A stretch of 62,934 nt of DNA, counting the filler, from Thraustochytrium aureum (taxonomy: Eukaryota), in NCBI GenBank assembly GCA_012862495.1. It is 5 parts of 3 records of this genome, joined end to end, with 100 filler letters (N's around TTAATTAATTAA, not from the genome) between each part and the next. Parts side by side here need not be neighbours in the genome. Positions count along the whole stretch, not along the records: positions 28,619 to 40,894 come from BLSG01000180.1; positions 40,995 to 47,694 come from BLSG01000181.1; positions 47,795 to 59,107 come from BLSG01000181.1; 2 more parts are not named here. One strand, 5' to 3'. Of this stretch, positions 37,714 through 48,585 are shown in pieces. Position numbers and translations under genes: made by a program. The notes below the pieces were generated by a model. It searched no databases. It was not told the origin of the DNA and saw only the letters and a list, made by a program, of their open reading frames with translations. Positions within the stretch are counted from its first letter, which is position 1. Each line of letters starts with the position of its first letter.

Positions 37714-38691
37714 TCACTCGGCCTTGCCTTTTGCCTCGGTGGGGGACACTGGTGGCGACGGGGCTTCGAGCCCGGCCTTGTGAATCCGGGCCAAGGTCTC
37801 AAAGGCTCCTTGCTTTGAGGCAAAGTAAACGAGAACGCCTATGCGCAGCTCCACGGTGTCGTGCTCGGCGAAGCCCCAGAGCAGACCCGTCACGAACAGA
37901 TTTGGAAGGACAAACTTGAAGACAAGGTCGTGAAGTCCCGCGCGAAGGCTGCTCAAGAGCGCGGGCCTGCTCAAACTCTTGTGCGACAGTGGCGACCAAA
38001 CGTGCTCAATCCAAAGAGCAAGCTTGCGAACGATGCTGTTTCCGTCCAGCGAAAGCAGCGTGACGATAAACGCAAGAGGGAGGGAGTGGTGCGCTGCGTC
38101 AACAGCGAAAATCGCCTTCCGGAGCTTGTACAGCCCGCAGCACATGGCTACCAGAAGCTGAATCGCGAGCGACTTGCGCAAGTTTCTATAGACCTCGTCG
38201 CCTGGCGAAAACCACACCATACCGAAGCCCACGAGGAAAGAAGCCACATGCCGAGGGCCCTTGAGGAGTACGGGCTTGGCGTCGAGCACGCCGGAGACGG
38301 CCGATTGTGCGGCGAACTTCAGCACGAAAGAGACAAGAAAGATCCAGACAAAGCGCGCGACCGTTGCGTCCTCTTGTCGGCGAGGTAGGCCGGCGCGGAA
38401 TGACGCCACGGAGTTGATCGTGTCCACGAGCGAAATGAACTTGCCGTTCGTTGTCCCCAGCGCATTGTAGCTGGCGTCATACACGAACGCCGCTGCGAAC
38501 GCGACGAAGAAGAGCCACCTGAGGTCCTCGGCATGCCGGACGGTCCAGGCAGGGGACGCAAACTTTACGAACAGCGTCTCCGACTCGGCCCGCTTCAGCC
38601 CGCCGTTACCGCGCGCAACCGTTTTTGCCGCCCACCTCCCCTTCGGACTGTTGCCCTGCGCCAGCACTTCCTTCACCGATGCGCTCGTCAT
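37714..38691 (-). CDS. Multi-pass membrane protein, TRIC/TMEM38-like
   Basis: About 7 hydrophobic segments; MVWFSPGDEVY...AIQLLVA...LRK resembles TMEM38 YIVFFCPxDLV...PVQLL...K (from memory). Confidence 0.5.
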   Translation of the reverse strand: MTSASVKEVLAQGNSPKGRWAAKTVARGNGGLKRAESETLFVKFASPAWTVRHAEDLRWLFFVAFAAAFVYDASYNALGTTNGKFISLVDTINSVASFRAGLPRRQEDATVARFVWIFLVSFVLKFAAQSAVSGVLDAKPVLLKGPRHVASFLVGFGMVWFSPGDEVYRNLRKSLAIQLLVAMCCGLYKLRKAIFAVDAAHHSLPLAFIVTLLSLDGNSIVRKLALWIEHVWSPLSHKSLSRPALLSSLRAGLHDLVFKFVLPNLFVTGLLWGFAEHDTVELRIGVLVYFASKQGAFETLARIHKAGLEAPSPPVSPTEAKGKAE

Positions 38692-39485
38692 CCCCTCTCG
38701 GGTCCGCGGGCGCTGGCGCTGTCGCGGCCAGCCAGTCGAGCAGGCAAGGCACGAGGCCAACGCTGGCTGGAGGGTCCAACACTGGCTGGCTGGNNNNNNN
38801 NNNNNNNNNNNNNNNNNNNNNNNNNNNNNNNNNNNNNNNNNNNNNNNNNNNNNNNNNNNNNNNNNNNNNNNNNNNNNNNNNNNNNNNNNNNNNNNNNNNN
38901 NNNNNNNNNNNNNNNNNNNNNNNNNNNNNNNNNNNNNNNNNNNNNNNNNNNNNNNNNNNNNNNNNNNNNNNNNNNNNNNNNNNNNNNNNNNNNNNNNNNN
39001 NNNNNNNNNNNNNNNNNNNNNNNNNNNNNNNNNNNNNNNNNNNNNNNNNNNNNNNNNNNNNNNNNNNNACGAGGACCTGGCGACAGCCCTCGCCAGGCCG
39101 CGACCCCCGAGGCTCCTGCGCGGGAAGCAGGCCTCGCTCCGTCGAGCGCGCCCTGCGATGGTAAGTACTTACGTTGGCCTCTGGGGCGCGCTCGCTGCCG
39201 AGGTGAACGGGTGGATGGATGTGGAGTTTGTTGGTGACCTGGCGCGTGCATCGGGCGATAAACCGGGCGATTGTTCATCCTTTGGACCATATGCTACTGG
39301 CATTCTCGTTGAATTTATCCTATTGGGGTCGTGAAAGTGCCTCGGTGGCACCCGCGCGGTGTGCATCGGTGGGCTGTTGAGGGAGTCGTTGGGACGCCAA
39401 GTGCACAGTTGGTACAACTCTACTTACTCGAGTTCATACTCTGCTTGGTCTGCCTTCAAGGCGCGGCCGCGAGGCAGACCGGGCG

Positions 39486-40739
39486 CTACTCGAGGACGGG
39501 CGAGAGGCTGGGCGGCGCCGACCCACTGAGCGCCTCGTAGTCCTTGGACAGCTTGGCGCACCATTCGTCCGACTCGAGCGCTCGCGCGGTCTGCTCGGCG
39601 AGCTCGGTCTTGAGCCGCGCCACTTTCGAGTGCAAGGACTTGTTCTCTTGCGACAGGGCGTCCACCTTGGCCGCTAGCCTTCGGTTGGCCTCGCGAAGGC
39701 TGGCGAGCTCGTCCGCCTCGCCAGGCGCCGGCGCATTAACCGGGTCAGCCTCCGGCAGCTCCGGCAGCGAAGAGACCGACGTCGACGCATTGCGCGTCGG
39801 GGACGCCGCGGTGGTGCCCACGCTCTTCCGGGTCGGCTGCGCATCCGAATCCACCGAGTCGAGCGAGTCGACCGACGCGTTCGAGGAGGCGCGGAGCTTG
39901 GAGGGCAGCGGGGTCGAAGACGACGAAGCGCTCCGCGGCTTGGTCGGCGAGTCGGTCGACCTAGACCGCAATTTGGTTGCGGCCGCGGGGCTCCGCGTCG
40001 TCGTCACTGCCCCCGTGTTCCCGCTGCTGTTTGAGTCGCCTGAGCTCGCCACGCGCTCGTAGGCCCGCATCCGCTCCTTGAGCGACTTGTATCTGGCCGA
40101 CTTGGTCGCCGGGGTTTCGGGAGACGACGGGCCTTGGCCACTGAGCACAGAGGCAGCGCCCCCTGGGTGTGAGCTCGACACCAGCGGCGCCGGGATGGTG
40201 TCCTCGGACTGCGAGTCGATCGTCTCTTTCCGCTTGGACCGACCGCTACGACGCGCTCCGCGACCTCTCGCTCTGCATCCTTTGGGGCCGCAGCAGAGGA
40301 GGGGCTGTCGGCGGCGCTTGCTTTGGCGGGAGGCGACTTTTTCGAGGCTGTGGTGGCGGTCGCGGGGGGGCTGAGCGCTTCGCGCGGCGTGAACGAGCCT
40401 GACTCCTTCATCTTGAAGTTGCCATCGCCGAAAACAGAGTACTTGCCCCCGGACGAGTGGAACAGCTCGATGAAGTGCGTCTTGCAGCTTCGCCGCGCGT
40501 CAGTGAGCCAGCCTTCGCGCGCGCAGACCGTTGCTGGCCGCGCCCCGCCGACCCACTTACTAAAACTTCCCGCTGACGCTGGCAAAGTTAGCCAGCGAGA
40601 GCTGCCGCTTGCAGTGCGTGCACTTGAAGCACTGCTTGTGCAGGATCGACTTGTCCACCTGCATCTCCTCCAGCTTGTACACGCTCGTGTCGCAGCAGGC
40701 GCATTTCGGCGCCACGGACCCAAACTTCATGCTCGCCAT
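39486..40739 (-). CDS. LIM-domain protein (LIMD2/EPLIN-type LIM, Ser-rich linker, C-terminal coiled coil); intron 40488-40560, frameshift near 40230
   Basis: CACCDTSVYKLE...HKQCFKCTHCKRQLSLANFAS..GKFY|CKTHFIELF after splicing (GTAAGT donor, AAG acceptor); LASLREANRRLAAKVDALSQENKSL. Confidence 0.85.
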
Positions 40740-40938
40740 GCCGCCCGGCGGCCGGCGCGGCGTCAAAAAAGCAGCGCTCGCGCACGCCGCGTAGTGCCTC
40801 AACCGTCGATCCACGCTCCCACGTGCGAGCTCCTGCGTGCGCTCTGCTGCCGTTGTTGCAGCTCTGCTCCTCGTCCGACTCGAGCAGGTCAAAANNNNNN
40901 NNNNNNNNNNNNNNNNNNNNNNNNNNNNNNNNNNNNNN

Positions 40939-40950
40939 TTAATTAATTAA
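40939..40950. other. Artificial scaffold linker
   Basis: TTAATTAATTAA within N runs. Confidence 0.95.
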
Positions 40951-40995
40951 NNNNNNNNNNNNNNNNNNNNNNNNNNNNNNNNNNNNNNNNNNNNT

Positions 40996-41151
40996 GGAGC
41001 AGATGACGAGCCGCCAGCGATGGTTGTGGGCGATGACGATGTCGACGACCTCAACGAGCTGCCAAACACTGGTTCGGACTTGGCTGCCGGTGAAGAGTGC
41101 GAATCTGATGCCACCGATGACGAGAATTCCGACGATGACGAGTGGATTTGA
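40996..41151 (+). CDS. Acidic C-terminal fragment of an unidentified gene
   Basis: GADDEPPAMVVGDDDVDDLNEL...DDENSDDDEWI-TGA directly after the scaffold start. Confidence 0.4.
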   Translation, partial: GADDEPPAMVVGDDDVDDLNELPNTGSDLAAGEECESDATDDENSDDDEWI

Positions 41152-41206
41152 CATCCAGCCCGCGCAGGTACTCAATTCGGATGCAAAGATTTTCTTTCTC
41201 GCCGCC

Positions 41207-41256
41207 GCTCTGTTCTTGTCTGCTCTGTTCTTGTCTGCTCTGTTCTTGTCTGTTCT
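41207..41256 (+). repeat. 15-bp tandem repeat x3
   Basis: gctctgttcttgtct repeated. Confidence 0.85.
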
Positions 41257-41821
41257 TCAAGCGAGGCCTGCGCAAGCAAGGCGGAGTGCCCCAGTAGCTT
41301 GCTGCGCTGGTGGCGGGAATGGCGAGCGCGGCAGGCGTGCGCCGCCAAAACTAGGGCGGTTGTCGGGGCTGATTGTCCGGGTTGAGGGTTGACAAGCATT
41401 GACTTTTCTTCTGCCGGTCGCCTTACCTTCTTACAACCAAAATCCGACCGCCGCAGCCTCGATGAGTGAATGCGCGCGCGGAAGAGCCACCGGTGGCAAG
41501 CCGCCGCGTCTGATGGTTGCTTGCTTGATCAATGATCGGTAGGTACTCTAGGTTGATTGATCGTCGAGAGGATGATCGAGGTCGAAGCGATGCCGGCGCT
41601 GGAGGCGTGCATGCGGAACAGAATGAATTGCAGCGAGCAGCATGCCAGAGCCAACAGCGCAGAGTCCCTCCCGTCGGTGTCGCTCGGCGCCAGTACAGCA
41701 GCCGCTCGTCAAAGCAACAGCAGCGCACGCGGCAGTCTCGCAAAAAAAGCCCAACTCGAGCAGCCTCGGGCGCGAGCGTTCGGAGGAAGCCGGNGCCCCG
41801 AGCGCGGGCGGCGCGGCCGAG

Positions 41822-43980
41822 ATGGAGGTCACCGGGGCAACCTGCACGAGGTCGTCAAGGCGATCGAGCACGCCGTCGCAACGTGCGACTTTGTGGCGAT
41901 GGACATGGAGATGACCGGCCTGCACGCCGGCGGCAACATGGGGCCGCACGGGATGGACACGTTCCAGCGGCGCTGGGAAAAGACCAAGGACTCGGCAGAC
42001 AAGTTTGCCGTTCTCCAGGTCGGCCTGTCCATGTTTGAGTGGGAGGGCGACGCAGACGGCGGCGAGCGGGACGGCCAGGGCGACGAGACCCCCGCGAGGC
42101 GGCTCGTGGCCAAGCCGTTCAATTTTTGGGTGTTCCCGGCGACTTGCCCCGGCGTCGGCGACACGGATGCGAGGCTGATGATGCAGGTCGGGTCCATCGA
42201 GTTTCTGTCCTCGTGCGGGTTTGACTTTAACCGCAGCTTCCGGCGCGGGATCTCGTACTTGGACGAGGCCCAAGCTTCCCGCGCGCGCGCAAACTTGGAG
42301 CGCAAGCTGGAGCGCGCCGCGCGAGAGGAGGGTGGCGGGCGCGACGATGGCCAGCGGATCAACACGTCGCGCCTCCCATCCTATGCGCAGCGGTTCCTCG
42401 CCGAGGCCATCAGCGCGGCCGACTCACTGGTCGGTGGGGCGCAGACGACCGAAGAGTTTGACGTGGGCGTCAACGCACACGGCGAGCGGTTCGTCGTGCT
42501 CAAGGCCAGCAACGGGTACCTGCGCCGGCTGGTGTACCAGGAGGTCCCCACCGCGTACCCCAACGTGCACGTGGGCAAGCTTGAGGAGGACNNNNNNNNN
42601 NNNNNNNNNNNNNNNNNNNNNNNNNNNNNNNNNNNNNNNNNNNNNNNNNNNNNNNNNNNNNNNNNNNNNNNNNNNNNNNNNNNNNNNNNNNNNNNNNNNN
42701 NNNNNNNNNNNNNNNNNNNNNNNNNNNNNNNNNNNNNNNNNNNNNNNNNNNNNNNNNNNNNNNNNNNNNNNNNNNNNNNNNNNNNNNNNNNNNNNNNNNN
42801 NNNNNNNNNNNNNNNNNNNNNNNNNNNNNNNNNNNNNNNNNNNNNNNNNNNNNNNNNNNNNNNNNNNNNNNNNNNNNNNNNNNNNNNNNNNNNNNNNNNN
42901 NNNNNNNNNNNNNNNNNNNNNNNNNNNNNNNNNNNNNNNNNNNNNNNNNNNNNNNNNNNNNNNNNNNNNNNNNNNNNNNNNNNNNNNNNNNNNNNNNNNN
43001 NNNNNNNNNNNNNNNNNNNNNNNNNNNNNNNNNNCAGCAACTTGGAGAGTTTCCGGGCCGCCTTCCATGCTGCCTTTCCGATGGTCGTCGACACCAAGTA
43101 CCTTTTTGTGACAGAGTCCAAGCTCAAGGCTTTGGTCCCGCAAAACTCGCTCGGGCAGTGCTTTGAGGCCACCGCGCACGAGCGCGTCTTCGTGCGCTCT
43201 AATCCAGAGATTGTGTTGTCGGGCGAGTTTGCGCGGTACGGCCCCACAGCGGCGGCAGCGGGCTCGGCAGAGTCGGACGCGCTGCACCACGAGGCAGGGT
43301 ACGATGCCTACATGACGGGCGTCATCTTCGCGCGCGCCATGTGCACGCTTGGGCTTTTTGGCTATGTGCACGACGGCCAGGGCGGGATGCGGCCCAAGGC
43401 GCGCGGCGGCGACAAGGCGGCTGCCGACAGGGCGTTCGCGCCGTTTGCGCCGCTCTTCAACAAGCTGTACCTCATGCGGCTTGCCGGCGCGATTGACATG
43501 GCGGCGCCCAACGTGGAGGCCGACCGCTCGCTTGTGCTGCGGCTCTGCAACTTTTCCCGGCGACCCAAGGACCTTTCACCTGGCCGGGCTCATCGCCAAG
43601 GGGTGCGGGATCCGCGACACCCGCGACGTGCGCATATCTGGGACGACGACACGTCGGCCTTTTACCACTGCCGCTCCGAGCAAGACTTTGAGCAGCTCTT
43701 GCTCGCGTACGAGTCGGAGCGCAAGGAGGAGGCTGCAGGCACGGCGCTCCCGCACTTTACGGGCGGCGACAGCATCTCCTTTGCCGACCTCGACGTCGTC
43801 CCGTACGCCGAGTGGGACGCGCGCGGGCAGGACGACTCGGTCAACTACTTGCCGCGCATCCGGAGCCTCACCAGCGGCCCGGCCGGCGCCAAGACCAACA
43901 AGCGGCCGCTCGAGAGCGACGCGGGGGCGCCAGCCAAGCGCTCCCGGCCTTCCGGGGCGAACCAGTGTACAATTTGCTAG
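41822..43980 (+). CDS. PARN: Poly(A)-specific ribonuclease (CAF1/DEDD family) with R3H and RRM-like regions; frameshift just after the ATG, internal gap
   Basis: MEVT(R)GNLHEV..AI..CDFVAMDMEMTGL, QVGLSMF, PFNFWVFP, SIEFL..GFDFN, NGYLRRLVYQ, DTKY, HEAGYDAYMTG, WDDDTSAF. Confidence 0.9.
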
Positions 43981-44107
43981 CCAAGACCCAAAGGCGGCAA
44001 GGCTCGCGGCGGTCGGGCTCGGCTTACGAATCAGAGGACAGCAGCAAGTGTATTCTTAGAGCAAATCCGATCCACTTCCAACACGAATTGGCACGCCGCA
44101 GTCGCGG

Positions 44108-45123
44108 TCAGGCCGCCTTCGCCAGCGCGAGCGCGCGCACGCGCTCGGCAAGCCCCGCGTCCGAGCAGAGCTCGAGGATCGCCTCGCCTTCGCTAGACTC
44201 GGCTAGCGCGTCGGCGCCCAGCTCGCCGACCAAGAGCAGGCAGGCCGCCTCGTTGTCGTTCATGAGCGCGTACGCGAGTGGTGTCAGCCCGTCCACGTCC
44301 CGCGCGGCGACGTCGGGCCCATGCGCACCAGGCCGCGGATCATTTCCAGGTCGCCGCGGTCGCAGGCCATGTGCAGGAGCGTCTCGCCGTCCGGTCCACA
44401 CACAGAGCAGACCTGCTCCGCCGAGAGCCCTCTGAGGTTCCCCAAGAGCCCGCTCGTGTCGCCTGCCCCGGCAAGCGACATGAGCACTTCGGCGGGCGTC
44501 TTGTCAGCGTCGGCCTTCTCTGCCTCTACAGCCATGGTGCTCACCGAGGGGCCCATGCCTTGCGAGGCCGTCTGAGTCTTTGTCTTGGGGGCCGCGGCAG
44601 CGAGACGCTCGGCCTCGGCGGCGCCCAGGCTGCGCCACCCCGGCGCTAGCCTCTCGACCAGCTGCACGTACTGCGCCTTGGCCTCGGTTCGGCCCATGTT
44701 GCCAAGCTTGCACCAGCTCGACCACTTGGCAGAGGCCACAAAGTCGAGCATCGAGGGCCGGCTCGATGTGCAGGGTCCCTGCGTGGCCTGCTTGAACAGG
44801 CTGTACATGGCAAGCTTGGTCTCGTTGTCCAGTCCATTCCCGAGCGCCTTGCCAGCAAACGCGACGGCGGCTTCAAAGGCGGCATTCTCCTCGTCCTCTT
44901 CCCCGTCCGTATCGAGGTCCTCCACGACTGCCCGTGCCACGTCAGGCGTTGCGTCGCGCCGCTTCCCGTCGTGCCCGGCTCCCCACCTCGAAGCAGCAAA
45001 GCCGCCAGCCGCCACGACGCAGGCGGCCATCAGAGCATTCTGCAAGCGCCACTCCTTCTTGCTCGCAGCCGCCACCGCGCCCACAACCGCGCCGCCAGCC
45101 GCGGCCAGCCCAGCCCAGTCCAT
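44108..45123 (-). CDS. Acyl-CoA-binding protein with N-terminal hydrophobic segments and ankyrin repeats; frameshift near 44330
   Basis: LAMYSLFKQATQGPC...AKWSSW..LGNMGRTEAKAQYV (ACB domain); GETLLHMACDRG and DVDGLTPLAYA (ankyrin). Confidence 0.88.
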
Positions 45124-46553
45124 GGAGGCCCCAAACCGTCGATTGCGTAATGGCCGGCGTGATTCCCGCCGGTGTTCGCGCTAGCGCCAGCCAAACGGGC
45201 GCGCAGCGGGCAGGAGGGCAGGCAGGAGGGCAGGCAGGAGGACGCGCAGGAGGACGGGCTGCGCGGTCCAGCGGCCACGTCTGCAGCGCTCTGCGAGGTC
45301 TCGAGCGCCGCGAGACCCGCGGTTGCCCGCGCGCGGGACTCTCGTCACACAGGGGGTACATGTGACGTGAAGGTGGAGTGTTGCCGCGAGCATTCGCAAT
45401 TTCGAGATTGATTGCAGCTCAGTGTGCGCCTCAGTGACATCTGCGCAACGCGGCAGGCTGGCAAGCGGGTCGACCCAATTCATGATCCTTTCGAGGCTTG
45501 TGGTTGGCGATGTGACCGTGACTGCGCAGGAAGAAGAAGCCGGTGTCGAGCCACGGGGCGCTTTGTGTCATGCTCTCCTTTCGACTCAACTCGCTTTACA
45601 CGGTTCGCCAAGGCTCAGTTCGCCAATCACAAAGCTGCAACAGGCAGCACACAGTTCGCCAACACAAAGCTGCAACANNNNNNNNNNNNNNNNNNNNNNN
45701 NNNNNNNNNNNNNNNNNNNNNNNNNNNNNNNNNNNNNNNNNNNNNNNNNNNNNNNNNNNNNNNNNNNNNNNNNNNNNNNNNNNNNNNNNNNNNNNNNNNN
45801 NNNNNNNNNNNNNNNNNNNNNNNNNNNNNNNNNNNNNNNNNNNNNNNNNNNNNNNNNNNNNNNNNNNNNNNNNNNNNNNNNNNNNNNNNNNNNNNNNNNN
45901 NNNNNNNNNNNNNNNNNNNNNNNNNNNNNNNNNNNNNNNNNNNNNNNNNNNNNNNNNNNNNNNNNNNNNNNNNNNNNNNNNNNNNNNNNNNNNNNNNNNN
46001 NNNNNNNNNNNNNNNNNNNNNNNNNNNNNNNNNNNNNNNNNNNNNNNNNNNNNNNNNNNNNNNNNNNNNNNNNNNNNNNNNNNNNNNNNNNNNNNNNNNN
46101 NNNNNNNNNNNNNNNNNNNNNNNNNNNNNNNNNNNNNNNNNNNNNNNNNNNNNNNNNNNNNNNNNNNNNNNNNNNNNNNNNNNNNNNNNNNNNNNNNNNN
46201 NNNNNNNNNNNNNNNNNNNNNNNNNNNNNNNNNNNNNNNNNNNNNNNNNNNNNNNNNNNNNNNNNNNNNNNNNNNNNNNNNNNNNNNNNNNNNNNNNNNN
46301 NNNNNNNNNNNNNNNNNNNNNNNNNNNNNNNNNNNNNNNNNNNNNNNNNNNNNNNNNNNNNNNNNNNNNNNNNNNNNNNNNNNNNNNNNNNNNNNNNNNN
46401 NNNNNNNNNNNNNNNNNNNNNNNNNNNNNNNNNNNNNNNNNNNNNNNNNNNNNNNNNNNNNNNNNNNNNNNNNNNNNNNNNNNNNNNNNNNNNNNNNNNN
46501 NNNNNNNNNNNNNNNNNNNNNNNNNNNNNNNNNNNNNNNNNNNNNNNNNNNNN

Positions 46554-46874
46554 TCCCTGACCAAGGACAACATCCTGCTCGGCAAGCTCTACCTCGACGG
46601 CATCCCCCCGATGCCCCGCGGCGTGCCGCAGATCGAGGTCACCTACGACCTCGACGCCAACGGCACCCTCAAAGTGTCGGCCGTCGAGAAGTCGACCGGC
46701 AAGGAGAGCAAGATCACCATATCCAACGACCGGAACCACCTGTCCAAGGAGAACGCGAAGCAACGCCGCCCACGCAGCAATCAAGGCCTCGAACGCCGCG
46801 TAGTCAAACTCGAACGGGCTGTTAAAGCTGAGCCACCCGCAGCCAAGCGTCGCAAACAGCACCACTCTCAGTGA
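46554..46874 (+). pseudogene. HSP70: HSP70 substrate-binding-domain fragment truncated before the lid and fused to unrelated sequence
   Basis: [62 protein letters not shown], then non-HSP70 sequence and a stop; no EEVD. Confidence 0.7.
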
Positions 46875-47738
46875 TCCATTCATGGTGTGGGGAAGACATT
46901 GACGACTAGACTGCCTGCTGTGGCAGCCTGTGACGTGGCATCTCTGCGCGCGACGTCGGCGTGCCGAAGAGCACCAGACCAGTCCCGTAGGAACCGGACT
47001 GACAACCAAAAGCCTCACGAATTTTTGATTGCATTCCTTCCGATGTTGACGCCAAACGTCTGTGACAATGTGTCGACGATCACCCGTGGATCAAGCAAGT
47101 TGCACCAAGCAACCGCCCCCTCGACGTTTGGGCTTGCACAGGTTCGGCGGCTGTTGCGTTGGCCACAGAGCTCACGTTGGTTGCGGCCAGGGCGCTAGCA
47201 CTTTGGCTCGCCACCGCTGTCGCTTCAGAAACAACGCCAAGCCCATCCCGAGCCGGGTCCTTCAATGCCGATGTGTCGAACGAGGCGGCTGAAGAGGAAC
47301 CCCGAGGTGTTGCTGTTGGCAACTGAGACGACTGAAGAATGCTGAGCACCTCTGTCTCCCCTCTTTCGGAGCTTGCACAGTGCGAGGCGAGGGCTTTCGC
47401 AAGGGCGTCCGAAATCTGCTTTCTGAAGTCAAATTTTCACAAAACGAAGAAGTGAATACGAAGGGCGGTCGTAGGTAATCCGATTTGGTTGGGTACGGTA
47501 GGATTGGGTAGGATTGGGTAGGATTATACCTAAGGAATTTGGGGGTGACAGAGAAAGTGCCGCGTTTTACTTGCCTAAAAGACGCCCGTGAAGGAGCACC
47601 AGCAGCATCAGGTGCTGTCTTCAGTGGTGTGCAGTCACGACGCGGTTGACATGGTTCGCCCAGGCGCACAGTTCACCAATCACGAAACAGCACTNNNNNN
47701 NNNNNNNNNNNNNNNNNNNNNNNNNNNNNNNNNNNNNN

Positions 47739-47750
47739 TTAATTAATTAA
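47739..47750. other. Artificial scaffold linker
   Basis: TTAATTAATTAA within N runs. Confidence 0.95.
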
Positions 47751-48585
47751 NNNNNNNNNNNNNNNNNNNNNNNNNNNNNNNNNNNNNNNNNNNNAAGCGT
47801 CTGCTCAAGCTGAGTCGTAGATAAGGGCCTTGCACCCGCTGCTCAGCGGCGGAAACAGAATCTCTGTCAATTGAACTAGCCTCACGTGCTCGTGCACCTC
47901 ATCGCTTCCTTGGTCTGCACTTGAGGCGGACGCTCTCCATCGATTAGCCTTGCCTCGAGCCTTGGACGTTTTGATCTGTTGCGGTGCTGACCTTTTGGAT
48001 TGTCTCGAACCTTTGACGCGCTGGCTTCTTGGGGCGCGGCGCGCCTTGGACAGATGGGATGCTTGTCTATAGCTCGAGTCGCTGGCGCATTTAGGATGCC
48101 TCGCGCTGTGGACGCACTGACCTCTTGGGATGCGGCGAGCCTTGGTCGCACTGACCTGAAGGAGGGCTGACTTCATGGGATGCGGCGAGCCGAGTCAAGG
48201 ATGATTGCTGCATCGTGGCGAGCGTCCTCGCGTCCACGCGTCAATTCGTACTCGAGTACCGTCAACGTTCTGTTGGTGAGTTGACGTTTCCTTGGACTCG
48301 CGAAAAAGTGTGAGTGACGGGTACTTACTCAGAGAAGAGAGTCAACTGCCGCGCGGCAGCAGCGCAGCAGAGCGCAACGCAGCAGGCGAAGCGTTGCCCG
48401 CACTCGCACAAACGCCCGTGCGCGCACGGTACACTCGCGTACGGACGCGCGCTTGCACGGGGCGCCCTCGGACTCGCGGGCAAGCCCTCTTTTGGTTTGG
48501 CGCCGAGGTGGCCCACCTCCGCATTTGCTGGTCGCCCCCACCGCGCGAGGATCGGCACGCAGCAGCCCCGAGTGGAGCGCGCAAG

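Noticed and set aside
39069..39334. Possible exon with a GTAAGT donor at 39161
   Set aside because: No identifiable product and no convincing downstream exon before the convergent LIM gene.
47795..48200. Duplicated tgggatgcggcgagcc and short ORFs at the scaffold start
   Set aside because: Only two copies, and no coherent reading frame or element ends.
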